Assembly (NCBI GenBank): GCA_934101645.1
Contig: CAKORX010000006.1
Location: 15,333 to 79,332, forward strand
Direction of reading: 5' to 3'
Source: an uncultured Bacilli bacterium
Lineage (GTDB): Bacteria; Bacillota_I; Bacilli_A; RF39; UBA660
Length of the DNA stretch: 64,000 nt
This document shows, one piece after another, positions 19,736 through 29,968 of the stretch. The notes below the pieces were generated by a model. It was not told the origin of the DNA. It worked only from the letters and a program-made list of their open reading frames with translations, and did not search any database. A program made the position numbers and the translations under genes. Position 1 is the first letter of the stretch. Every line of letters starts with the position of its first letter.

Positions 19736-20650
19736 TTAACTATTTTTTTTGCCTTGATAAGTATTTCTCTTAACCATTTTTTTATCAATATCATTAAGTA
19801 AGCAAAACTTTTTTATTAACCATTTAGGTTCTATTAATTCTTCTTTAATAGGATCACCAGTAATTCTTTCAATTACAACAGTATCTTTTAGAAATTCAAG
19901 CTGTGATATAACAACATCAATATATTCTTCTTTTGTTAATATGTGAAACTTTTGTTTTTCATACATATTTGCAAGTTTAGTGTCTTTTAGAATATGTAAC
20001 ATATGAATTTTTACTGCATCTATATTTAAATCATTTAAAAACTTTATGGTATTTATCATATCTTCCTTAGTTTCATACGGAAGCCCATTTATTATATGTG
20101 CTACAACAAAAATACCAAGTTCATGAAGCTTTTTAATCATTATTTCAAAATTTTTACTATCATGTCCTCTGTTAATTAATTTTAATGTATTATCATTACT
20201 ACTTTGAAGTCCAAGTTCAATTGTTAAAAAAGTTCTTTTATTAAGCTTTTCAAAATAGTTTAAATATTCATCAGAAATAACATCACTTCTTGTAGCAATT
20301 GATAAACCAACAACATTTTCTTTTTCTAAAAGGGATTCAACATTGTTTTTAAACTCATTTATATCCATAAAAGTATTACTTCCAGTCTGAAAATAAATAA
20401 TATGTTTCGCATTTGGCCATTTTTTATTTAATAGTAAAACTTCTTGTTCATATTGTTTTTCAAGTGATAGAGAACTATCAGTTATATTTGATTTACTGCT
20501 ATTTTTACAAAATATGCATCCGCCATTTTTTACATTTGGACAACTTGCATGAGCATCAAGAGGCACTTTAAAAACTTTACATCCAAACTTATTTTTTAAA
20601 AAGTAATTGAATGTATGATATCTTTTGTTATCTAATGTGTATTTGAACAT
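19736..20650 (-). CDS. radical SAM protein, TIGR01212 (YtqA/YhcC)-like
   Basis: N-terminal F..YFLKNKFGCKVFKVPLDA...CPN..GGCIFC pattern typical of this family, plus a TIM-barrel-like remainder. Confidence 0.65.
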   Translation of the reverse strand: MFKYTLDNKRYHTFNYFLKNKFGCKVFKVPLDAHASCPNVKNGGCIFCKNSSKSNITDSSLSLEKQYEQEVLLLNKKWPNAKHIIYFQTGSNTFMDINEFKNNVESLLEKENVVGLSIATRSDVISDEYLNYFEKLNKRTFLTIELGLQSSNDNTLKLINRGHDSKNFEIMIKKLHELGIFVVAHIINGLPYETKEDMINTIKFLNDLNIDAVKIHMLHILKDTKLANMYEKQKFHILTKEEYIDVVISQLEFLKDTVVIERITGDPIKEELIEPKWLIKKFCLLNDIDKKMVKRNTYQGKKNS

Positions 20651-20725
20651 ATCTTCTCACCCATTAATATTTTATCAAAAAAACTTGTATAAAAAAATAA
20701 AATAGTGTATACTATTAATAGATTT

Positions 20726-20801
20726 GCTGGAGTAGCTCAGTTGGTAGAGCAATGCACTCGTAACGCATAGGTCATAAGTTCGATCCTTGTCTCCAGCACC
20801 A
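20726..20801 (+). tRNA. tRNA-Thr(CGU), CCA encoded
   Basis: Acceptor GCTGGAG/CTCCAGC, anticodon loop CTCGTAA, T arm ATAAG-TTCGATC-CTTGT. Confidence 0.8.
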
Positions 20802-20810
20802 TTGAATATT

Positions 20811-20840
20811 AAACTTGAAAGTAATTATTTCAAGTTTTTT
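20811..20840 (+). terminator. Rho-independent terminator after tRNA-Thr
   Basis: AAACTTGAAA-GTAATTA-TTTCAAGTTT followed by a T-run. Confidence 0.75.
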
Positions 20841-20913
20841 ATTTGTTTAATAATAATCTTCACAATAAAATTATGTCATGATATAATTATCTTGCAAAAA
20901 GGAGACTTTGATT

Positions 20914-21570
20914 ATGTTAGTTTATGGAAAAAATATTTTATATGAAGTTGATAGAAAAAAAATAAAAAGGGCTTTTATTTCAAGAAATGATTATGTTAGC
21001 TATTTAAAGGAAAATAATATTAAATATGAAATGGTTGATAAATCTAGGCTTGATAAAATGGTTAAAGGTGTTCATCAAGGTTTAGTATTAGATATTTTTG
21101 ATTATAATTATTATAAAATGGAAGATTTAGAAGGCGATTTTGTTGTAATTTTAGACCATCTTACAGATCCTCACAATTTTGGTGCCATAATTAGAACATG
21201 TGAAAGTAAGGGGATTAAATCAATAATTATTCCTAAGGACAGAAGTGTCTTAGTAAATGATACGGTTTACAAAACTAGTGAAGGTGCTATTGATAATGTA
21301 AAAATAATTATGGTAACTAATATAATTAACGCTATTAATAAGTTAAAAGAAATGAACTATTTTGTTTATTGTGCTGATATGGATGGCCAAGATTATAGAA
21401 ATGTTGATTATGCTCCGAAGAAAGTTTTAATTATTGGCAATGAAGGAATGGGTATAAGTTCTGCGGTAAAGAAAAATAGTGATGTTGTAGTAGCAATTCC
21501 AATGAAAGGAAAAATAAATAGTTTAAATGCATCAGTAAGCGCCGGCATTATTATTTATAGAATGGACTAA
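20914..21570 (+). CDS. rlmB: TrmH/SpoU-family 23S rRNA 2'-O-methyltransferase (RlmB/YacO-like)
   Basis: LDHLTDPHNFGAIIRT, IGNEGMGIS and LNASVSAGIIIY SpoU motifs. ATG at 20914 follows AAGGAG. Confidence 0.75.
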   Translation: MLVYGKNILYEVDRKKIKRAFISRNDYVSYLKENNIKYEMVDKSRLDKMVKGVHQGLVLDIFDYNYYKMEDLEGDFVVILDHLTDPHNFGAIIRTCESKGIKSIIIPKDRSVLVNDTVYKTSEGAIDNVKIIMVTNIINAINKLKEMNYFVYCADMDGQDYRNVDYAPKKVLIIGNEGMGISSAVKKNSDVVVAIPMKGKINSLNASVSAGIIIYRMD

Positions 21571-21571
21571 T

Positions 21572-22198
21572 ATGAATTATAGTGAAATTGATGAACAAGA
21601 ATTAATTTCTTTATTATCTGAAAATGATGAACATATTCGTAACATTGTTTATGAAAAATATTCTTATTTAGTAGATATACTTATTAGAAAATATCAACCT
21701 GCTATAAGATATTTCAAAATAAGTAATGAAGATATTCGCTGTGAAGCACTTTACGGATTTAGTGATGGTATAAATTCTTTTTCAAATGAAAAATCAACAT
21801 CATTGAAAACATTTTTATATATTTGTATAGAAAGACGATTATTAAAATATATTAGAAAATTTATGTCAGAAAAAATTCAATTATTAAATGAATCACTCTC
21901 TTTAGAATATTCATCAGATTCTGACAAAGCTTCTTTAGCAGAACTTCTTGGCGATGATAATAAATTTAATCCATTAAATAATATAGTAGATGAAGAAACA
22001 TATAGGGAAGTATATGCTTTAGCAAAGAATAATTTATCAAATTTTGAATATACAGTATTTAATTATATGGTTAATAACTTTTCCTATAATGAAATAGCTA
22101 CGATACTAGGAAAAACTCCAAAACAAATTGATAATGCTATACAAAGAATAAAAACTAAGATGAAAGATTTAATGGAAAAAGAGGGAATAATACAATAA
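21572..22198 (+). CDS. sigH: sigma-70 family sigma factor, SigH-like by position
   Basis: Region 2 and region 4 are recognisable (...EALYGFSDGINSF...FLYICIERRL...; C-terminal YNEIATILGKTPKQIDNAIQRIK). Follows rlmB(yacO) as sigH does in Bacilli. Confidence 0.55.
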   Translation: MNYSEIDEQELISLLSENDEHIRNIVYEKYSYLVDILIRKYQPAIRYFKISNEDIRCEALYGFSDGINSFSNEKSTSLKTFLYICIERRLLKYIRKFMSEKIQLLNESLSLEYSSDSDKASLAELLGDDNKFNPLNNIVDEETYREVYALAKNNLSNFEYTVFNYMVNNFSYNEIATILGKTPKQIDNAIQRIKTKMKDLMEKEGIIQ

Positions 22199-22244
22199 CT
22201 ACTTGCAAAGTGGTTATTTTTTTGATATTCTATTTATGTCTTAT

Positions 22245-22321
22245 GGCGGAATTGGTGAAGTGGTTAACACGGTAGATTGTGGCTCTATTATGCAAGGGTT
22301 CGACTCCCTTATTTCGCCCCA
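22245..22321 (+). tRNA. tRNA-His(GUG) with encoded G-1 and CCA
   Basis: G-1 opposite C73, acceptor GCGGAAT/ATTTCGC, anticodon stem GTAGA/TCTAT, loop TTGTGGC. Confidence 0.8.
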
Positions 22322-22331
22322 TGGATAATAT

Positions 22332-22356
22332 AACTCTCTTTTTAGAGAGTTTTTTT
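22332..22356 (+). terminator. Rho-independent terminator after tRNA-His
   Basis: AACTCTCT-TTTT-AGAGAGTT followed by a T-run. Confidence 0.75.
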
Positions 22357-22440
22357 CAACTAAAAATTTAGATAACTCAACTACTAGTTTATTGTCAGAA
22401 AGGTAATCTAACAGTATAATTCCTTTTGAAGAGGTGAATT

Positions 22441-23559
22441 ATGATTTATTTAGATTATGCAGCTAATACTCCTGTTGATAAAAGAGTTTTAGATAAATAT
22501 AATGAAGTTACATTAAAATATTTTGGTAATCCAAATAGTTTACATGAATGTGGAATAGCCGCTAAAGAAGAAATAGAAAAATCAAGTGATACTATTGCAA
22601 AATATTTTAAAACAGAAAGTAAAAATATTATTTATACAAGTGGTTCAAGTGAGTCAAATAATTTAGTTATAAAGGGAATAGCAGATAGATATCAATCTAA
22701 GGGAAAACATATAATTATATCTGAAGTTGAACATTCATCAATTATAGCACCATGCAATTATCTTTCAACAAAGGGATTTGATATAACGGTTATTTCTTTA
22801 GACAAAAATGGAAAACTTAATTTAGAACAATTAAAAAATTCCTTAAGAGATGATACTATTTTAGTTAGTGTTTGTACTGTTGATTCGGAACTTGGTACAA
22901 TTCAACCAATAAACGAAATAGCAAGGATTGTTAAAGAAAATTCTAATGCATATTTTCATACTGATGCTACTCAAGCAATAGGAAAGATTAGCGTTGATTA
23001 CACGGGTGTAGATTTTTTAACATTTGCTCCTCACAAGTTTGCTGGTATTAATGGCGTTGGCGTATTAATTAATTTTAATGATTTAAAAATTACTCCATTA
23101 ATTCATGGTGGAAAATCAACTACAATTTATAGAAGTGGAACGCCAGTTACCGCTAATGCAGTTTCTACCGCTATGGCATTAGAACTTGCAACAAAAGACT
23201 TAAATAAAAAAATAAAATATTTAACAAGTTTGAAAAATTATTTAATAGAAAATTTAGTTTATATTGATGGAATAAGTATTAATAGTCCAGAAGATTCCAT
23301 TCCAAGTACAATTAATTTTAGCATAAAAAATGCAAAAAATATTGTTAATAAACTTTATAAAAAGGGTATTTATGTTTCAATGCAATCAGCGTGTTCACTA
23401 GGAACAAGCCCTTCAAAATCTGTTTATGCAATCACTCAAAACGTGAATAAGGCAAATAATTCTATAAGAGTTAGTATAACTAATAAAACTACTAAAGAAG
23501 AGATAACTGAATTTATTAAAATACTAAAGGAGATTATTAATGAAGATAATAATTATTAA
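22441..23559 (+). CDS. cysteine desulfurase (class V aminotransferase, NifS/IscS-like)
   Basis: MIYLDYAANTP..., PLP-lysine context FAPHKFAG, and a C-terminal SACS active-site Cys loop. Confidence 0.75.
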   Translation: MIYLDYAANTPVDKRVLDKYNEVTLKYFGNPNSLHECGIAAKEEIEKSSDTIAKYFKTESKNIIYTSGSSESNNLVIKGIADRYQSKGKHIIISEVEHSSIIAPCNYLSTKGFDITVISLDKNGKLNLEQLKNSLRDDTILVSVCTVDSELGTIQPINEIARIVKENSNAYFHTDATQAIGKISVDYTGVDFLTFAPHKFAGINGVGVLINFNDLKITPLIHGGKSTTIYRSGTPVTANAVSTAMALELATKDLNKKIKYLTSLKNYLIENLVYIDGISINSPEDSIPSTINFSIKNAKNIVNKLYKKGIYVSMQSACSLGTSPSKSVYAITQNVNKANNSIRVSITNKTTKEEITEFIKILKEIINEDNNY

Positions 23560-23800
23560 TGCAATGTGGTGTCCAGGATGTTTAATATCCAAAAGTATTT
23601 GGAATGAAATAAAAGAAATGTATCCAAATGTTGAGTATATTAGTTATGATTATGATTTAGATGAAGATGAGGTTTCCAAGTACAATATTGGAGATATAGT
23701 TCCTGTTGTTATAATTGAAAAAAATGATGTTGAAATAAAAAGAATAATTGGAGAGAAAAATAAAAAAGAAATTTTAAATGAATTAGGAGAAGTATTATGA
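23540..23800 (+). CDS. small thioredoxin-fold protein (CPGC)
   Basis: WCPGC redox motif near the N-terminus of an 86-aa protein. Overlaps both neighbouring genes. Confidence 0.65.
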   Translation: MKIIIINAMWCPGCLISKSIWNEIKEMYPNVEYISYDYDLDEDEVSKYNIGDIVPVVIIEKNDVEIKRIIGEKNKKEILNELGEVL

Positions 23801-24972
23801 AAAATAAACTAAAATTTTTACTACTATTGCTAGTTTTAATACCATTTAATATTTTTGCCATTAGTAAGGATTATAAAGATGTTGTTTATAATATAACTAA
23901 AGAAAAAGTAGATAAAGACAAAATTAACTTATACTTTTTCAGAATGGATGGTTGTCCACATTGTGCAGAGGAAGAAAAATGGCTTGAAAATATAAAAGAT
24001 AAATATACGGATTACTTAAACATATACGACTATGAAATTAAAAATAGTAAAACAAATAGAGAATATTATTATAACGTAAAAAAAGTATTAAATGATGATG
24101 TTACAAAAAGCGTTCCATATACAGTTATTGGTGAAACATATTTTGTAGGCTTTTCAGAAACTGTTGGTGAACAAATCGAAAATAAAATTAAAGAATTAAT
24201 TGATGAAAATGTCAAAAGTAGTAATGACGTTAAAATTCCTTTATTAGGAAAAGTTAATATGAAAAAGGTTTCTATTCCCTTGGTAGCTACGATTTTAGGA
24301 GCGGTAGATGGTTTTAATCCATGTGCTATGTGGATACTTTTATTGCTTATAAATATGTGTATTTCTATAAAAGATAAAAAGAAAATGAAAGTTGTTGGAT
24401 TTACATTTGTATTATCATCAGGACTAGTTTATTTCCTTTCAATGCTAGGGATTGGAGTTATTTTAGACTTTACGACCGTTATATACATAAGAAATATAAT
24501 TGCAATTCTAGCTATTATTTTAGGAATATATAATTTATATGTTTATATTAAAACACGTAAAGACACTGGTTGTCATGTAATGAAAAAAGAAAAAAGAAAA
24601 ACAGTTATTACTAAAATAAACAAAATTTTATCTAATAAGAGTTTTATATTGATGATACTAGGAACAGTACTTTTATCTGTTTCTGTTAATTTAGTTGAAC
24701 TTGCATGTTCACTTGGATTTCCAACAATATTTTTAGAAATTTTATCATTAAATAAGATTCATGGTTTTAGCAAAATTATTTATTTATTAATATATATATT
24801 CTTTTATATTATTGATGATTTAGTAATTCTTATTTTATCACTTAAAGCATTTGAAACTAAGGGAATAAGTACAAAGTATAATAAATATGTTAATTTAGTA
24901 GGTGGAATACTACTTTTACTTATGGGAATACTACTTATTTTTAAACCAGATTGGGTAATGCTTAATTTTTAA
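23797..24972 (+). CDS. secreted thioredoxin-like domain fused to a CcdA/DsbD-like membrane domain
   Basis: Signal peptide, CPHC motif, then about 6 TM helices with intramembrane Cys (GFNPCAMW; LVELACSLGFP). Confidence 0.55.
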   Translation: MKNKLKFLLLLLVLIPFNIFAISKDYKDVVYNITKEKVDKDKINLYFFRMDGCPHCAEEEKWLENIKDKYTDYLNIYDYEIKNSKTNREYYYNVKKVLNDDVTKSVPYTVIGETYFVGFSETVGEQIENKIKELIDENVKSSNDVKIPLLGKVNMKKVSIPLVATILGAVDGFNPCAMWILLLLINMCISIKDKKKMKVVGFTFVLSSGLVYFLSMLGIGVILDFTTVIYIRNIIAILAIILGIYNLYVYIKTRKDTGCHVMKKEKRKTVITKINKILSNKSFILMILGTVLLSVSVNLVELACSLGFPTIFLEILSLNKIHGFSKIIYLLIYIFFYIIDDLVILILSLKAFETKGISTKYNKYVNLVGGILLLLMGILLIFKPDWVMLNF

Positions 24973-25086
24973 AGAAGTTCAATACTTCTTTTTATTTGTA
25001 ATTTATTTTATAAGATTTTTATACTATAATATATGTAACTGACACATACATTTTTCATGTGTTGTAAATAATAATAAGGAATCTAT

Positions 25087-25575
25087 ATGAAATATGATAA
25101 AGAGTTTTTAAGTATTATTAATCCAATTATTATAAATGATGAATTTTTAAAAAGAAAAAAGTTTCATCATCATGAAAATGAATCAGTTTATGATCATAGC
25201 ATGGCTGTATCATACTCAGCTTATAAATATGCAAAGAAACACAAACTTGATTATAAAAGCGTTGCAATCGGAGGTTTACTTCATGATTTCTATTATAAAG
25301 ATTGGCAAATAAATAAAGAACATAAAAGTTTTTTCAAGATGCATGGTTTTGTTCATGCTCGTGAAGCTTTAGAAAACTCAAAAAAATATTTTCCACAGTT
25401 AATGAATGCTAAAGTTGAGGATATAATTGTTAAACATATGTTTCCACTTAATATAAAACTTCCTAAATATAAAGAAAGTTGGATTGTAAGTTTAATGGAT
25501 AAAAAATGTTCTTTAAAAGTATTAAAACATCCTAAAAGTTATTTAAAGTATTTGGGAATTAGAAAGAAAGGTTAG
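25087..25575 (+). CDS. HD-domain phosphohydrolase
   Basis: H...HD metal site (VYDHSMAV...GLLHDFY). Confidence 0.6.
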   Translation: MKYDKEFLSIINPIIINDEFLKRKKFHHHENESVYDHSMAVSYSAYKYAKKHKLDYKSVAIGGLLHDFYYKDWQINKEHKSFFKMHGFVHAREALENSKKYFPQLMNAKVEDIIVKHMFPLNIKLPKYKESWIVSLMDKKCSLKVLKHPKSYLKYLGIRKKG

Positions 25576-25577
25576 TT

Positions 25578-26339
25578 ATGAAGATAAAAATATATTTTAT
25601 ACTATTTATGCTTTATTCAATCTTCGGCTGGATTTGTGAAGAAATTGTTACTTATGATCCAAAGAAAGGTTTTATTAATAGAGGCTTTTTATTAGGACCT
25701 TACTGCCCGATATATGGATATTCAGCAATATTTATGACCCTTTTATTAAATAAATTTTCCAATGAATTAGTTATTTTTTCTTTAGCTCTTATTATATGTT
25801 CAACAGTGGAATACTTATCTAGTTATGTTATGGAAAAACTATTTAATGCTAGATGGTGGGATTATTCAAAAAAACCTTTTAATATAAATGGTAGAGTATG
25901 TCTTAAAAATGCATTATGTTTTGGAGTTATGGGATTGATTTTAATTAAAATTGTAGACCCATATTTAAGAACTATAATACTTAGATTTTCACCATCTAAA
26001 ATCAATTTAGCATTTTATGTAATGTTAATAACATTTATTTTAGATAATGTGCTTTCTTATATGTTGATATTTAAAATTAAAGCTGAAAATACTTTTAAAA
26101 AACGTGATAATACAAGAGAAATATCTCAAAAAGGTAAAGAGATATTGAGCAAATCTTTATTAGGTAATAAATTTGTTATAATTTTCCCAGAAAAAATTAA
26201 AGAAGGTAAAGAAAAAATTAAAAAAGAAAGAGAAAAAATTAAAAAGAAACAAGAAAAGTTTAAAAATGAAATAAAAAAAGAAAAAGAAAAGCTAAAGGAT
26301 AACATTAAAAATGAAAGAAGTAAAAAACGAAAAAAATAA
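25578..26339 (+). CDS. polytopic membrane protein, 'putative ABC-transporter type IV' (DUF1113-like), with K/E-rich tail
   Basis: FGW..E, GP..PIYG and RWWDYSKKPFNINGRVCL motifs. C-terminal low-complexity KEKIKKEREKIKKKQEK... Confidence 0.5.
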   Translation: MKIKIYFILFMLYSIFGWICEEIVTYDPKKGFINRGFLLGPYCPIYGYSAIFMTLLLNKFSNELVIFSLALIICSTVEYLSSYVMEKLFNARWWDYSKKPFNINGRVCLKNALCFGVMGLILIKIVDPYLRTIILRFSPSKINLAFYVMLITFILDNVLSYMLIFKIKAENTFKKRDNTREISQKGKEILSKSLLGNKFVIIFPEKIKEGKEKIKKEREKIKKKQEKFKNEIKKEKEKLKDNIKNERSKKRKK

Positions 26340-26865
26340 ATTGTTTATATATGTAATGTTATTTTTTACATTAGCATTTATAGGCTGGTGTTTTGAAGTG
26401 TTAAATGAAATAAGAAAAGGACATGGTTTTATTAATAGAGGTGTTTTGCATGGCCCTTGGCTTCCAATCTATGGTTGTGGTGGACTATTAATTTACTTGC
26501 TTTTAAAGAAGTATAAAGATAAACCGGTCATTGTATTTGTATTTTCATTTTTTATTAGCGCTTTAGTAGAATATTTAACATCTTTTTATCTTGAACTAAC
26601 AAAAGGCATAGTATGGTGGGATTATTCAAAAAAACCATTTAACTTAAATGGTAGAATATGTCTTGGATATACACTAATTTTTGCTATATTTGCAACACTT
26701 CTTTATTATTTTGTAATTCCTAAAATACTAGAGTTATTAAAGAAAATAAATTACAAGTATCTTTCTATACTTAGCATATTACTACTTTGTTTATATTTAA
26801 CTGATAATATTTATTCAATGAAAAAACCAAATGTTGTAAGAGGCGCTCACATAGTAAAAAAGTAG
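26311..26865 (+). CDS. paralogue of the preceding DUF1113-like membrane protein
   Basis: Same motifs as the preceding gene (IGWCFEV, GPWLPIYG, VWWDYSKKPFNLNGRICL). Confidence 0.5.
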   Translation: MKEVKNEKNKLFIYVMLFFTLAFIGWCFEVLNEIRKGHGFINRGVLHGPWLPIYGCGGLLIYLLLKKYKDKPVIVFVFSFFISALVEYLTSFYLELTKGIVWWDYSKKPFNLNGRICLGYTLIFAIFATLLYYFVIPKILELLKKINYKYLSILSILLLCLYLTDNIYSMKKPNVVRGAHIVKK

Positions 26866-26879
26866 AAAATTTTTGTTTT

Positions 26880-28010
26880 CTACTTTTTATAATATATATC
26901 AATATCAACATAATTATTTATTCCATCAACTTTGCCATTGCTTGCAAGTTGCCACATAACATAAGGTCCCTTATAACTTGTTTTTTCCGTGTAATGTGCA
27001 AGCCATATATCGTGCTTAACTGGTAACCAAATATACTCTAAATATGATTTTGAACCATAATGTACTGTTTCATAACCAGCATCATTTAATATATCTAAAT
27101 AAGTATTTGAAATTTCTCTTAAGTCAAATAAGTTAATTTGTGCAGCATTAAAATATTTAAAGTTTTCCCAATCAAATGCAATTGGAAGGTCAATATTATA
27201 GTCTTTTATATTATCAAGTACGAAATTTGCTTCTTCTTTAGCATCTTCGATACTTTTTGCATAGGAGTAAAAATATATGCCGATTTTAATACCATTTTCA
27301 GTGGCACCTTGAATATTTTCTAAATAGTAAGGATCAAGGTTTAATGGTTCATCATAATAGTACCTGTATCCAAGTCTAATAATAGCAAATTCTACGCCAG
27401 CGTCTTTTACTTTTTGCCAATCAATTTTTCCTTGATATTTTGATACATCAATACCAATTAAAGTATCATCAGTTTTGTATTTTTGATATACGTCATTAAA
27501 CTCTAAGTAATTTGTTAAGACACCATTTGTATAACCACCTGTGCTTTTACTTTTTTCTTTTATGATTAGTTTAAAATCTTTACTTGCCTTGTTACCACTT
27601 TGATCTTTAGCAATATATTTTAAGTCATAAGTTCCTAAAGTATTAACATCATAATCTCCTTCGATATAACATTTTGGAGTCCTATCAGCATTATCCATAC
27701 AACTAATTTCATTTGCTATGTCATTTTCATAACCAATATCACGTGTTATTGAATTTGATACCCAAATTATTGGAGCAGTTGTATCAACAACATTATATTT
27801 AATTTTATAATTTTTATTCTGGCATTTTATAGATTCCTCATGTTTCCCGAGTGATGTTGTATCAAGTAATTTACTTTCACATTTAATATTATTAACAATA
27901 TTTTTAGCATCTACTTTAGAAAAGTATTCAAAAGTATTTTCATTTAAAGTAATATCTTTATTACATCCACATAAAAGTAGTAAACTTATTAAAATAATTA
28001 TCTTTTTCAT
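26880..28010 (-). CDS. GH25 muramidase lipoprotein
   Basis: C-terminal GIDVSKYQGKIDWQKVKDAGVEFAIIRLGYR (GH25 signature). N-terminal MKKIIILISLLLLCGC lipobox-like signal. Confidence 0.8.
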   Translation of the reverse strand: MKKIIILISLLLLCGCNKDITLNENTFEYFSKVDAKNIVNNIKCESKLLDTTSLGKHEESIKCQNKNYKIKYNVVDTTAPIIWVSNSITRDIGYENDIANEISCMDNADRTPKCYIEGDYDVNTLGTYDLKYIAKDQSGNKASKDFKLIIKEKSKSTGGYTNGVLTNYLEFNDVYQKYKTDDTLIGIDVSKYQGKIDWQKVKDAGVEFAIIRLGYRYYYDEPLNLDPYYLENIQGATENGIKIGIYFYSYAKSIEDAKEEANFVLDNIKDYNIDLPIAFDWENFKYFNAAQINLFDLREISNTYLDILNDAGYETVHYGSKSYLEYIWLPVKHDIWLAHYTEKTSYKGPYVMWQLASNGKVDGINNYVDIDIYYKK

Positions 28011-28087
28011 ATACATAAATTTTATCAATAATTATTTGTTAATACAATGATTTTATGATAATATATTTGTGTTTAAGGATTTGTTTT

Positions 28088-28780
28088 ATGGAAGAAAAAT
28101 TTCAAAAAATAATAAAAGAAATTAGAATTAAAAATAATTTAACTCAAAATGAATTTGCAAATATGCTTGGAGTTACTTACCAAGCTGTTTCTAAATGGGA
28201 AAACGGTAAAAGTATTCCGGATATTTTAATGTTAAAAGAAATAAGTAGTAGGTTTAATGTTGATTTAAATTATTTAATTAATGGAAATAATAACATACCA
28301 TATAAGAATAATAATCAAAAAAATAAACTTTTAATTATTATAATAGCGTTATTAACTATAATAGCTTTTATGATAGTATGTTATTTTGCATGCCATAAAC
28401 ATAATTATGAATTTAAGTCATTAAATGGGGAAATAAATGATATAAAAGTTCAAGGCAGTGTTACTTATGATGAAAATAAATCTTCGATTTTTTTAAATAT
28501 AGATTATAAAAAAGATGATAAGAAAATTTATAAAAGTGTAGAATGTGTACTATATGAAAAATATAAGGATATTTTAAATATAATAAGTACTTATAACTAT
28601 GATAATTCTTCGGAAGAAACTTTAAAAGATATTTTGAAGAATATCAATTTTGTAGTAAATAATTACTCACCAAGTTGTAAAAATTACGAAAACAGTGAAT
28701 TATATTTAGAAATTAATGCTAAAATTGATGATGAAAAAACACTTACGTATAGAGTTCCAATTACTTTTGAAAATTGTTAA
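28088..28780 (+). CDS. membrane-tethered XRE-family HTH regulator
   Basis: LTQNEFANMLGVTYQAVSKWENGKSIPD HTH, one TM helix (LLIIIIALLTIIAFMIVCYF), then an extracytoplasmic domain. Confidence 0.7.
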   Translation: MEEKFQKIIKEIRIKNNLTQNEFANMLGVTYQAVSKWENGKSIPDILMLKEISSRFNVDLNYLINGNNNIPYKNNNQKNKLLIIIIALLTIIAFMIVCYFACHKHNYEFKSLNGEINDIKVQGSVTYDENKSSIFLNIDYKKDDKKIYKSVECVLYEKYKDILNIISTYNYDNSSEETLKDILKNINFVVNNYSPSCKNYENSELYLEINAKIDDEKTLTYRVPITFENC

Positions 28781-28856
28781 TTTATGGAAAATATTTACAT
28801 AATTTGACATTTTTTAGTGATTATGATATAATTATTTTGTTATTCAGGGGGAAAGA

Positions 28857-29507
28857 ATGAATAAAATTAATTGTGTCCTCCACAATAAGTGGAGAATGAT
28901 AGAAAAAGTTTATAATAAAAATAATGTTAATAAAATAGTGAATTTTGGTATAGCACTATGTATGTTATTTACTATAATGTTTGTACCAAAAATTCATGGA
29001 GTAAAGCAAAATACTGTTAGTGTATCGTCATTTGATTCATTTTCTAGTGAGATTACTAAAAGTGATAAGTTAGAATATATTTTAAATAAATATAATTTAA
29101 CTGATTACCAATTTAAAGTGTTATCTGCAATCGTTATAGCAGAATCTCAAAGTAACTCTTATGAAGATGCTTATGCAGTTATAAATACAATCTATAACAG
29201 AACTCATGCTAAAAACTGGGTTAGATCATGTGCTAATTATTTTGGCCAAAAAAATGGTAATAATTTATATTATCAAGCAATAATGCCAAATCAGTTCGTG
29301 GTTTATGAACATGGTACTTATCAAAGATATTTAAATAATGAATCATTAGTGGGCTATGATGCGATAATTGACTTTTTATATGATGAAACTATAATGCATA
29401 ATTATTTATCATTTAGAGCAAATTCAGTTAAAGTAAATGGTTCGGAAAAATTTAGTAATAATGGTAACAACTATTTTAACATTTTAATAGATTCAAATAA
29501 AATTTAA
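28857..29507 (+). CDS. SleB-like cell wall hydrolase (Hydrolase_2)
   Basis: ...AIVIAESQSNSYEDAYAVINTIYNRTH...PNQFVVYEHG pattern, with an N-terminal membrane anchor. Confidence 0.6.
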   Translation: MNKINCVLHNKWRMIEKVYNKNNVNKIVNFGIALCMLFTIMFVPKIHGVKQNTVSVSSFDSFSSEITKSDKLEYILNKYNLTDYQFKVLSAIVIAESQSNSYEDAYAVINTIYNRTHAKNWVRSCANYFGQKNGNNLYYQAIMPNQFVVYEHGTYQRYLNNESLVGYDAIIDFLYDETIMHNYLSFRANSVKVNGSEKFSNNGNNYFNILIDSNKI

Positions 29508-29569
29508 AAGATGCAAGTTTATTTGCATTTTTTTTTGAAATTAGATATTATTAATGAGAGGATAATAAT

Positions 29570-29968
29570 ATGAAAAAGAAATATAATGTTTTTTGTGAAG
29601 TAAAGATAACTAATATAATTTTAATAATAATTGGAACGATTATATGCGTTCTACCATTATTTACAAAGCTTAAATTTGATACAACAATTTTAATTATACT
29701 AATTTTATTAATTTTAATTTTTGTTAAGGATTTACGAAAATATTTGAATATCAAAAAATATGGTATAGAAGTAAAAGATGCAGACTATAAAATTGTTACT
29801 TTAAATAACAATAGAAAAATGCTTAAAGTACATTTTAATTATAAAAATAAAAATTATGACTTAATGGGAAAAATAACATTTAATGGAAAAGTACACGAGG
29901 GTAAAACTAATATTATTTTCAATAAAAAAGATCCAAATGAATTTTATGCATTTGGACCTAATAATTAA
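29570..29968 (+). CDS. hypothetical membrane protein
   Basis: Two N-terminal TM helices. No recognisable motif. Confidence 0.35.
   Translation: MKKKYNVFCEVKITNIILIIIGTIICVLPLFTKLKFDTTILIILILLILIFVKDLRKYLNIKKYGIEVKDADYKIVTLNNNRKMLKVHFNYKNKNYDLMGKITFNGKVHEGKTNIIFNKKDPNEFYAFGPNN

Noticed and set aside
26190-26340. Reiterated AAAGAAAAAATTAAAAAA-type DNA that looks like a tandem repeat
   Set aside because: It is the coding sequence of the K/E-rich low-complexity tail of the 25578-26339 protein. It is not a non-coding repeat array or a CRISPR.
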